64,000 nucleotides of DNA from Octopus bimaculoides (Eukaryota). The notes under the pieces were generated by a model. The model was not told the DNA's origin and did not search any database. It saw only the letters and a program-made list of their open reading frames with translations. The DNA lies in assembly GCF_001194135.2 (NCBI RefSeq), contig NC_068981.1, positions 142,559,416 to 142,623,415 on the forward strand, given 5' to 3'. A program made the translations under genes and the position numbers. Shown in pieces: positions 53,925-64,000 of this stretch; the stretch's first letter is position 1; each line of letters starts with the position of its first letter.

Positions 53925-55769
53925 NNNNNNNNNNNNNNNNNNNNNNNNNNNNNNNNNNNNNNNNNNNNNNNNNNNNNNNNNNNNNNNNNNNNNNNNNNNN
54001 NNNNNNNNNNNNNNNNNNNNNNNNNNNNNNNNNNNNNNNNNNNNNNNNNNNNNNNNNNNNNNNNNNNNNNNNNNNNNNNNNNNNNNNNNNNNNNNNNNNN
54101 NNNNNNNNNNNNNNNNNNNNNNNNNNNNNNNNNNNNNNNNNNNNNNNNNNNNNNNNNNNNNNNNNNNNNNNNNNNNNNNNNNNNNNNNNNNNNNNNNNNN
54201 NNNNNNACCCGTCGTTTTTTGCCTGTCCATTTAATTGTTGTTTCTCCTATCCGCCTATGTATCGTTTATCTGTTCAAATGTCCTATTGTCCCCTATTGCG
54301 TTTTTGTTCCATTTTCTTATATTTATATATACTATATTTATATAGTACGTACACACTTTTTCTCACCTTATAGTAGGTATGTATCTAAATTTTAAACGAC
54401 TCTTTTAGTCCCCCTCATACTTTCTTACTCTTTTCTTTTTCTTGCTCCCCCTCTTTCTCACACATTTCTTGGCCCTCTCTTTCTTTAACACCTACTTTTC
54501 CTCCTCGTTTAAATCCCCTGTACTTTCCCTTTGTCTCTCATTTTTCTCATCGTTCAATCCCTCTGCTCCCTACCCCTCTCTCCTCCTTCCACGTAACCGG
54601 TGTCCAGCCAGCTTTGATTTTTCTTTCTTCGCCTGACTGCCGACTACTGACACCTCTTATGTCAATTGCCTATGTTCCTGCCTCTAGGCTTTCACTTTAT
54701 ACACGCCAGCTCAATTTGATTCGTTCTCAGTCGAAAGACACCTGTTTATATATTCTTGTTGTTTGTATTTGTAATTGCGCACCATGTTCTCCGTTTTTTT
54801 TTGTTTTGTTTTTTTGTCTTTGTTGCCATACACATTCGCTAGCTTTCTTACAAAAAAGCCTACTGCTCTTAGCTTAGACTTTTTTGAGGACAACCAAATC
54901 AATTACATCGACATTGAGATTTACGATGAAGAGTAGTTGCAGCTGATGAGCTTCAATTTAGCAATAAACCACGACGATTTCCCAGATATTAACATGTAGC
55001 CATATAAGCAGGCATTTTATGGAATACCTTCAGATAGTTTTCCAGAGTTTCCCTGTAAACGGTCAACTTCATAAAACACTAAAATAAGGCATCATATGTC
55101 CTATCCATAAAGTTGGGAGGTGAGATAAAATATACATATCCATCTCTTTGAATTCACATACAAGAAAGTCATTGAATGAGTCGCAAGAAGGAAAGTCATA
55201 AGTTTCTTAGAAAATAATGACTTGCTGGACGATATGTAGCTTAGTCTCTGTTCAGGAAGAAGCTGTCTCACGCAGCTGTTATGTCACTTTGACTGGGGTT
55301 TTAAGCAGCTACTCGGCTATCGAAAAGTCGAAGTTGTATGTATGCTGATTCTGAAAAGTCCTGATTAAGCGAAGGCAAACTCTGAGTGGAATCACCCAGT
55401 CAGTTTTTTGGGGCCAGTACTCTTTATTGATCCTTTCTCCGACTTACCTATGGTGATTCAGGTACCCATTGTAATTAATTATGCTGATTATACAAATTTT
55501 TATTTATTACCTGTGATAATTTTGTATCATAGGCAACAAAGAAAACTGCCGATGTCGCAAGATTGCTATAGGACCTAAATACAATAAACAGATACGCTGA
55601 AGAGAACACAAACATTGACAATATAGTGCTGGAAAATTTTAAGCAATGTCCTATCGACCCGAAAGCACTTCAATCTTAGAGTCACATATAGGGATAAACT
55701 TGAAGATCAGTATACATCATTTCATATGCTTATATTACCAAGGTGGCAAGAAAGTGTAGACAATAGGCG

Positions 55770-55960
55770 GGTGATCAATAATGTCCTTTAGAACGAGATA
55801 TCGTGAAATTATGTTGTCCCTGTCGAAATCTACGTTCTGCAGCCGCCTTGAAGACCACTTTCAACTCTGGTCTCCACATAATGTCATACAAAGAGCGGAT
55901 CTTGATGTCATTCAACGCTACCGCAGTGAAAAGGTTGCCATGGTGTAGCAGATGAACTAC
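55770..55960 (+). mobile_element. CR1-group LINE RT C-terminal fragment
   Basis: FRTRYREIMLSLSKSTFCSRLEDHFQLWSPHNVIQRADLDVIQR matches F..R....L.L.KS.V.P.LEY..Q.WSP.....LE.IQR. Confidence 0.75.
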
Positions 55961-56033
55961 TAAGCGAGGAGGGAAAATCAACAACTTTACTCCCGAGAGC
56001 GAAAACGCGAAATAGTTAGAGGGATAGTTAGAC

Positions 56034-56064
<31 letters not shown>

Positions 56065-56485
56065 TATCAGACAGACAGACATACAGACATCAGACAGACA
56101 GACAGACAGACAGACAGATAGATAGATTTGTGTAAGGCATACTCAAAATTTTATTTTGAGTTACTTTTCTAATTTTTTTTTTTTTAGATATGTCACAATT
56201 AAGCACATCAGCTGATAGGGATTGTTAACACGAAATTTGTGGAGCTCCGATCAGTCAGCCGTTTTCAAGTATCTCAGAATCATGAATTGCAGGCGTTGTT
56301 TCGTATGGTTTGGTGAATTCGGAGTTTAGATATGAAAATATTTAGCGTCGTCTAGTTTTTGCTGTCGATCTGTGATGCCTATAGCGACATAACGAGTTCT
56401 GATAGACAATGTAGAACAACAAAATCTTTAGTTTCTACCCAAGTAAACTGACAATACCTATACTGACTGCTCCGTGCGGCTTCTT

Positions 56486-56709
56486 TACACTAATACATCT
56501 GAATCCTTTGGCAGTTTCTGAACCCCTCGAAAAACTAACACTGGTAATGTATAGGTGTGAGAAGTGCGAGTAATTTTAAATATTGAACTTATGGTGGGCA
56601 ATGTTTCCGAAGATGGTTGAAAGGAGATGCCATGAATGTAAGATGTGATCGCAGTGTTAGTATTTTGAGGAGTTCGGAAACTGCTAAATGATTCAGATGT
56701 ATTTGTGTA
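56486..56709. mobile_element. Tc1/mariner-type MITE
   Basis: 58-bp TIRs (56486-56543 / 56652-56709), 51/58 identical, starting TA-CAC and ending GTG-TA (TA duplication). Confidence 0.75.
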
Positions 56710-58253
56710 GAGAGGCAGATACGGAGCCAGAATGAATGGAAATCCTAATTGATTCATCCCTTGGCCAATAAAGGGTAGACTGGATTCTGCGTATGCAAAA
56801 AAATAGCTACATTCGGAGTGGAATTTGATTAAGCAGTGTAGCTGCAACACAATTTGCTCAAAGAGTGTCATACGTTCCTCAAAGAAGAATGGTATAGCTA
56901 AAACATTTATAAGGTTGATAATGATGAATCCTAGTAATTAATAACAAGTCACAATGCACACGATATGGACACAACAGAACAGTGTTTATTATATTTCTTG
57001 TGTGCTTTCCTTGGATTGTCGGCTAATTTTACAACCTAGTATCCTTTTAAATTTGTATAAAATTTTAATCCAAAAAAATTGTACTTTTGTTGATTTTAAT
57101 GTTTTGGAATTTTGGAGGCCGGATATGTTTTATGGACCAGATCCAAGGCCAAATATGTTTGAGGTATGTACACATTAGCTTTTATTTAGATATGCTTTAG
57201 ACTATCTAATGTATTCTAAAGTGTTTCTTTCTTCTTTTTTTTTGTTCTAAGAGTCATTTTCTGTTATGATGGAGAGGTATTTTCTGTTCCAGCTTGTCGA
57301 TCACAATATATAGTGTTCCACATTTCCTTCATACCGTTTGTCTTTCACCACTAATGTTCAAAATAAATATTTAACCAAAATCTCCTAATATATACAATCA
57401 AAGATCGATAGCATCCGCTTTGACGCCTTTATGTTGGTGATGTTCTTTTTATCGTGCAAGTATTTCCTCTTTTTAGCCGTGGGCTAATCATGATTGAACA
57501 GAGGTTTTGCAGGCGTGACAATCATATTGTTCTTAATATGGTAGATTACAGTATTTGGTATGTCCTTTAGATGAGACATTTGATATAATTGCTAGGAAAC
57601 CTAGCTGCTATTTCTAGAATTTAAGTCCGACCCTATAGATTTTGTCTGAATCACTCATTATATAAACCATGAGTAAATAAAGTCCACAAATTCTTGTAAG
57701 CCGTGTTATATATTGTGAAAGCCACAGAATCTATGAGAACGGAAATGATGGAACCTGAGGAATAACAGTTTCTAAGCTATCATTTTATAATATATAATTA
57801 CAATAAAGCACAGGAATGCTGTAAAATGCGATATATGGAATATAAGAAGTTTTATAATGCCTCTCAGCGCACTTATATATGAAAGACTGTGCTCACGGTT
57901 CAGGCCAGACATAAATTGCAAATGTAATTATAACCATATCTTTAAGTTCAATGTTCAGTTGAATACATTTGAATAAGTTTGCACAGTTTGTGTGTATTAT
58001 TTCACTGAATGCTTTGTCTGGTGTGTACACAAGGTTATGTGTGTATGTGAATCTGTGTGCACTTATGTCTATGAATTTAATAAATTTATTTCTTAGTAGG
58101 AATGAGTGACTGTGCTCATCATATCTATTTGATTGCGTGGAACTTTTGTAGATGGCTACATTTGATCTAAAAATATAACACACAGATATACAGAGAAATA
58201 ATTATTTCCCTGTCTGTTTATGTATGTATGTGTGTATGCATGTAGGTATTTAT

Positions 58254-58304
<51 letters not shown>

Positions 58305-58327
58305 CCTATCTATGTATCTATCGAACT

Positions 58328-58372
<45 letters not shown>

Positions 58373-59171
58373 GGAAATGAATGATCTCAGCTCTTGACAA
58401 AGTTTCCGTTCTAGCTGTGGCTCTTATTAGTAATCATATGAGACTCCATTCATGGCACAATCCAGTGTGGCACGAATAGGGTTATAACGTAATATAAAGA
58501 GCACATCAACTATGGGAGAAAAACATGAAGCATATATATCTAATCTCCAAACTTTGAATGTACATTTTCATGAGAGAACATCTCTGCTGAAAACATTAGT
58601 TATTGTAATGCACTTGTCACCGCTTGTAATTTGCGAGTCGTTAAATTCTGCAATAGGATTCTGTTGATGTACAACTGTTTTTAACAATCTTTAGCAACAC
58701 TTAGTACGTTTTAAAACATTTTCCTTTACATATCAGCGCATTTAAATTTTAACCCAGACTCCCATTGGACGAAGTATTAGTCGGTTGCACCATGCACAAA
58801 ATTCAGTTAACTTTGGGACAAAAAACAATCTAAAATCCCGTCTTACAAATACACACGTACACTCAAAACATTTGTGTATTGTTAGTATGCATTTATCCTT
58901 CTCTCGCACAAGATTGGTATCGCTACAAGAAATACTCATTGATAAAATTAATTCCAAACAAAGATGTAAAATTATCTCGTCAATGAAATACTTAAATTTT
59001 ATGGATGAACTTCAATGCAATCCAAGAACTGGTAAGTAACAAAAAGACTAACAGATTTATTTGGTATATTTGCATTACTTAAATTTATATATACTGTTAT
59101 ATTGGGAACTACTAGTTTAAGATATTTACGAATACGCTTGATCACACACAGTTAAATATATNNNNNNNNNN

Positions 59172-59225
<54 letters not shown>

Positions 59226-59276
59226 TGTGTGTATGTGTGTTTGTGTGGGTGTGTGTGTGTGTTTGTTAGAGACATA

Positions 59277-59740
59277 ATGATACAGGAAATGTGTCAAGGC
59301 GGACAGGAAGCGGTTCAGCTTCCTAGGGCTAAATAGCAGCAGTATGAATTCCTTATTGGGACTGTCACAATTGTTGACAGTATACAACTACTTTATCGTA
59401 ACACTGCTGTTAAGGCTCTCTGTGAGACCTAGAAATAAATCGTTTCTAATTGTTGTAATCAGTGAATGTGTTTCATTAGAAATATATATGTTTACGAGAG
59501 CTTTACAGGCATCTTCAGCCAGCTAATCATGGTACTTCAGGCTGATGACGAGCGAAAACTCAGAAACATGTCTCTGAATGCAGGCTAGGCTGGGTGGAGC
59601 TGCTTGTCTCCCCACTCGTAAATATGACACAGGAAATGTGTCAAGCTCGATAGAAAGCGGTTCAGCTTCCTAGGGATAAATAGCAGTAGTATGACTCCCT
59701 TACTGGGACTGTCACGTTAAGCTGAGATTATACAACTACT
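59277..59740 (+). mobile_element. Retrozyme-like element: 347-nt unit plus partial tandem copy, with a hammerhead
   Basis: 59277-59368 vs 59624-59715 81/92 identical; similarity extends to 59392/59740; hammerhead lies between the copies. Confidence 0.7.
59536..59578 (+). ncRNA. Type I hammerhead ribozyme
   Basis: TTCAGG CTGATGA cGAGcgaaaaCTCa GAAA CATG TC^TCTGAA: intact core, 6-bp stem I (one G.U), 3-bp stem II plus C.A, palindromic ACATGT stem III, GUC cleavage triplet (cut after 59572); distal stem I CAGCC-AGC/GCT-a-GGCTG. Confidence 0.85.
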
Positions 59741-59915
59741 ATATATATATATATATATNNNNNNNNNNNNNNNNNNNNNNNNNNNNNNNNNNNNNNNNNN
59801 NNNNNNNNNNNNNNNNNNNNNNNNNNNNNNNNNNNNNNNNNNNNNNNNNNNNNNNNNNNNNNNNNNNNNNNNNNNNNNNNNNNNNNNNNNNNNNNNNNNN
59901 NNNNNNNNNNNNNNN

Positions 59916-59958
<43 letters not shown>

Positions 59959-60040
59959 CATATATATTTTTTTATATATATACACACACATACACACACA
60001 CACACACACACGCACACACATATATATATATATATATATA

Positions 60041-60300
60041 GGGAGAATTCACAAAAAACAAAGGACGAAGACAGGTGGTGTAGACAGCAAACATGTATTA
60101 GTTTAACGCTCGGGAACTGAAAATGTCTTTAACGTTTCGAGCCTACGCCCTTCCACAGAAAGGCACACAGAAATAAACAAGGAGAAAAAATAAAGAATGT
60201 GTAGTGGCCAGCGATCTATAATGGAGAATGGCGGACAGGGGGGTCACACAGGAGAGCTTTGAAGAAGGTGAGATAATAAAGTAAGTCACCTCAAAATGAA
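60041..60300 (-). mobile_element. Penelope-type terminal repeat fragment followed by a purine-rich tract (to about 60750)
   Basis: Contains a hammerhead-like motif; composition and layout as in the other Penelope termini. Confidence 0.5.
60127..60162 (-). ncRNA. Minimal hammerhead-like motif with core variant CUGUGGA
   Basis: Minus strand CTTT CTGTGGA A GGGC gtag GCTC GAAA CG TT^AAAG; stem I 4 bp, stem II 4 bp (one G.U), A6 replaced by U. Confidence 0.5.
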
Positions 60301-60894
60301 GGTACGAGTGCGTGTGTATAAGATAGCTTGTATGTGCGTGTGGAAGAGGTCTGGTGACCTTGATGTGTGCATGTATGCATGTGTAGGTGTGGATGATGGC
60401 ATGGGCTTTGAAGTGGACAGTGCTAGTGTGTGCTGATGTGGTGTTGTGTGGTATGGTGGTGTATAGTGTGGTCTGGTGGTGTTGGGATGTGGTGGTGCGA
60501 GAGGGGGGAAAGTAAGGGTAGGGGAGGGTTAGGCTGAGTGTGGGGGTAGAGGTGGGTAGTTGGGTAAGTGGAGGTAGGTGGGGTGGGACGTGATGGATAG
60601 GGATGCTGCGGTTGGATTGTGTAGAGGTGGGGTTACAAGGGAGGGGTGACGATGAAGTGAGAGGGAGAAGGTGGGTAGGAGAGGGAAGGGAGAATTTGGG
60701 TAGGAGTGAAGAGAAGAAGTAGGAGTCGGAGCAAGAGAGGAGAGGTGGGTGGGAGGAAGCAGGTGTGTGATCCGTATATATGTATATATATGTACATATA
60801 TATTTGTATCAATCTATCTCAGTATATTTATGTATATAAATATGTGTGTTTGTGTCTATGCATGCATGTATTACATATGTTTCTCCCACGGTCT

Positions 60895-60928
<34 letters not shown>

Positions 60929-61487
60929 ACAAACACGCACACACGCACATACACTCACACACATGCATATATACAAATGTATATACATGGCTATACGTAT
61001 TCACATTTTCTAACGTGTGTTTATGTGTATAAATATATATGTATATCTACGTATGCATATCAACATATACACCATTTTATAAAGATATCTCTTTTTTGGA
61101 AAGCTTTCCTCTCTTTAACCGTACTTTTCTGTGTGTATAAATTTCTTGAGATATATCTAGTATTTATGCTAATAGTATCTGAAAGCCCAATTAGATTTTG
61201 ATGCCGCAATTAATATCCCATCAGAAAATTACGTAAATTTGAAATATTTTATTTTAATAGGAAAGTTTGCAAAGCAATAATTTTGCTGAATTCATTAAAC
61301 ATTACAGAATTGACAGCTACATGAAGTTGGCAATTATAATAAATTGCCTTAGTAAAAGCATTTGTCACATTGTCACAGCTGCAAACAGGCCCCTAGCAAG
61401 GCGTTCACTGTTTTAAATGTTGCTTCTATACCGACAAGAATGTAATTGACAGGCAGAATTATTGTAAAAGAAGCAGCTGTAACAGTT

Positions 61488-61535
<48 letters not shown>

Positions 61536-62037
61536 ATGTAGTTTGTTGCAAAAATGACAGTGCAACCACCAAAACAACATAAATAATTAGGATGGCCATG
61601 ACAACAATTCTTTGTCCATGAGTGCACAATAGTGTGTAATGTATTAAATGATTGGGAAAAATTTCTCACTTAAGGAATTCAGGCGTATACAAAACAAGCT
61701 TTATCTCCAACTCACTTTATCCCCACCAGGTTCAGTTATTCAGACACGAATCACTTTTACATATATATAATGTCAATGTCATTCACACAAGTGTTTATAC
61801 ACGCATTCTCAATAATTCTATCGTGTTGCTGGGTGCATGCAAGCAAAAGTCTTCAATTATTGTACGCACATCCGTAGAGCTTCTGTGAATAATACACGAT
61901 GGAAGAGATTCATGTTGCATTGTTTTAATGCAAAAATAATGAAATCGCTGCTAATAGACAACAGAGAGGGAGAGACAAAGACTGAGAATTTGCAGAAACA
62001 AAGAAATCTAAAAAGATGGCATATATATCATATCATG

Positions 62038-62112
<75 letters not shown>

Positions 62113-63266
62113 TACATACATACATACATGCATACATTTATATAAGCCCATACAAATTCACGCACACACATACGCATGTACATGTACATATGTGTGTCTA
62201 TGTGTGTGTGTGTGATCATGTATTATGAAGGCATTGAATTAAGTGTGAAGAAAACGATATGAGAATATGTCTTAACCAGTATATTAGTTTTACGCTTATA
62301 ACAGTGTAAAGGCTCCCTGACGTTTCTAATTCGTAAGATAGGTAAAAGAACGAGAAGAGGGTTTCGAAGAGGGTTTCGAAGATATTTATAAGAACGGACG
62401 GTCAATATGGGTCTAGCGGGAATGCGGTTTTATGGGAGCGACGCCAGTTATGGCTGCATTTTCCGTAAGACATCACTGAATGACTCTTTTGATAAAAAAT
62501 TATATTGGAAAAGAATGAAAGGTTTTGTTTACTTTTTTTGCGTATCAGAAACGACAATTTCACGTTCAGGCATGTGTCGCGGTGCATATACGAGCCATTA
62601 AAAAGAATATAAAAGGCAGAAATGTATCTGTTGTTCTCAAATATTCGTCTGTATCTGATGTTTGTTGTCGTTTAACATTGCAGCTTCATAAGATCCCTTA
62701 TACTATACCGACAGTTTGCATAATATAGATATGATACATAGGTGTGTATCTTAATTAAATAGCTCCGCATTTACGTGTGTCGGATTCACGCGCGCAGACA
62801 CATACACACATGCACACACACGCAAACACACTCGCACACACGCACACACACATACATACACATACACATATATCTTATATATCTACATATATATATATGT
62901 GTGTGTGTGTGTGTATGTGTATATATATATAATTTACATTTTACCTTTCACCGTTTGTTTCAGTCACTAATTTGCGGCTATGCTAGACCATCGTTTTGTA
63001 GACTTTTAGTGGAACAAATTGACCACAGTACTTATCTTTTAAAGCCTAGTACTTATTTCATCTTTATTGTGTTGCGGAAGCGCTAAGTTATGGGGCGCAA
63101 ATACATTGGTTGTCAAATAGTAATCTGGGACAATTTCAGGCGTGCGCACACGCGCGTTTACACACGCGCGTTTACAAACGCATAAACGGCAGGATTTTTT
63201 CAGGTTCCCTCTACCAATCGACTTACAAGTCACTGGTCAGCCCGAGAATATAGTAGAAGACAAGTC

Positions 63267-63890
63267 CGAGGTCTGATCAATAAGAATCGGGACTGTCGCC
63301 GTAGTAACGACACTAAAGCACACAGAATGAAGACACATGCCACGGATTGATTTTGACCTCTGCTGTGTATGTGTACGAAGGTTTAACGTTCTAGCTCACT
63401 TTCTTCGCTTACAGCAGTGGTTGGAAATAACGTGTGTAACGTCTGATCGTCGGATTGATCATGACAGAAAAAGTTGTCGCGATGATACCTGCTGAGAGGT
63501 CCACGCAAACTTGCAGATAGATATCGAGAGGAATGTATGAGTCACACAGAAGTGTACGAGTGTTTCCGACTTTTCCAATGAGGCAGAAAAATGTTGATAA
63601 AGACGAAAGTTCTGTGAGAGATGCAACAAGAAGAAATGAGAAAATCATAAATCGTAGATGTGCGTACAGCTGTGAGAGGAAATCGTCGAATCACCATCTG
63701 TGGGTTATCAAAGGATCTGCTGATTAGTTACGGTTCATTTCAGTCCATTGTCACCGAAGACTAGGATATGAAACTCGTTTCTACTTAGTTGGTGCCAAAA
63801 TTGCTTTCGGCTGACCAGAATGATACCCGAGTTTCAGTTGCACAAGATTTCCTTGAGTGTATCGAGAACGATGGAGAGTTTTTGAAAACT
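63267..63890 (+). mobile_element. Mariner transposon, 5' TIR region plus N-terminal transposase (HTH to WVP-like motif), degraded and ending before the DDD domain
   Basis: CGAGGTCTGATCAATAAG terminus; broken frames read YREECMSHTEVYECFRLFQ*GRKNV..., NRRITI, ISYGSFQSIVTED, LVPKLLSADQNDTRVSVAQDFLECIENDGEFLKT. Confidence 0.9.
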
Positions 63891-64000
63891 CTGCCTAGGC
63901 CGTTGAGCTAGTATCACCAGGCTTTTGGTAAAATTTGATACAGGTTTTCTACTCAACTTTCTCAATGCGACGATCACACGTAACGCACGTTACTTCCAAA

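Noticed and set aside
54942-54970. CTGATGA-GCT-loop-AGC
   Set aside because: No GAAA and no stems I or III; likely chance. The same applies to CTGATGA at about 40376 and 11633 (minus), and CTGACGA at about 17028.
59482-59520. Antisense CTGAAGA...GTAAAC motif next to the main hammerhead (possible opposite-polarity ribozyme)
   Set aside because: Stem II does not close onto a GAAA, and the overlap with the sense stem I extension can explain the motif.
16404-59740. CRISPR-like interpretation of the direct repeats (44-bp pair, 347-nt unit, triple hairpin)
   Set aside because: Eukaryotic context, only 2-3 copies, no regular unique spacers and no cas genes.
1050-63086. Dozens of ORF-track entries rich in CV, HT, IY, poly-I/L/Y/N or X
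   Set aside because: They are translations of (CA)n, (TA)n, (TAA)n and (CTAT)n microsatellites or N-gaps, not genes.

Overview
AT-rich, intron/intergenic-type eukaryotic DNA from a gapped draft assembly. It has about 14 N-gaps, nearly all flanked by microsatellites. The repeat content (dense (CA)n/(TA)n/(TAA)n/(CTAT)n tracts, tRNA-derived SINEs, RTE/CR1/R4/Tx1 LINE relics, Penelope-like elements, mariner) resembles a cephalopod (Octopus-like) genome; that assignment is inference from memory of repeat families, not a search result. No intact host gene, rRNA, tRNA gene or CRISPR array is supportable. Most entries in the ORF track are translated microsatellites or gaps. The recognisable coding remnants all come from transposable elements: R4/Dong-type RLE LINEs (8473-10157 minus; 42537-42900 plus), a Tx1/L1 3' end (24383-25024), RTE and CR1-group RT relics, two different Penelope-like GIY-YIG fragments (33810-34230; 35030-35850) and a mariner 5' half (63267-63890). 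The most interesting signals are non-coding. (1) A type I hammerhead ribozyme at 59536-59578 sits inside a 347-nt unit followed by a partial second copy, a retrozyme-like architecture. (2) Three further hammerhead-like motifs are tied to Penelope-type termini, one of them just downstream of a tRNA-like Pol III promoter. (3) LINEs are inserted with microsatellites on both sides: R4/Dong in (TAA)n and a Tx1-like element in (CTAT)n. (4) There are several inverted-repeat elements. All alignments and folds were done by eye.
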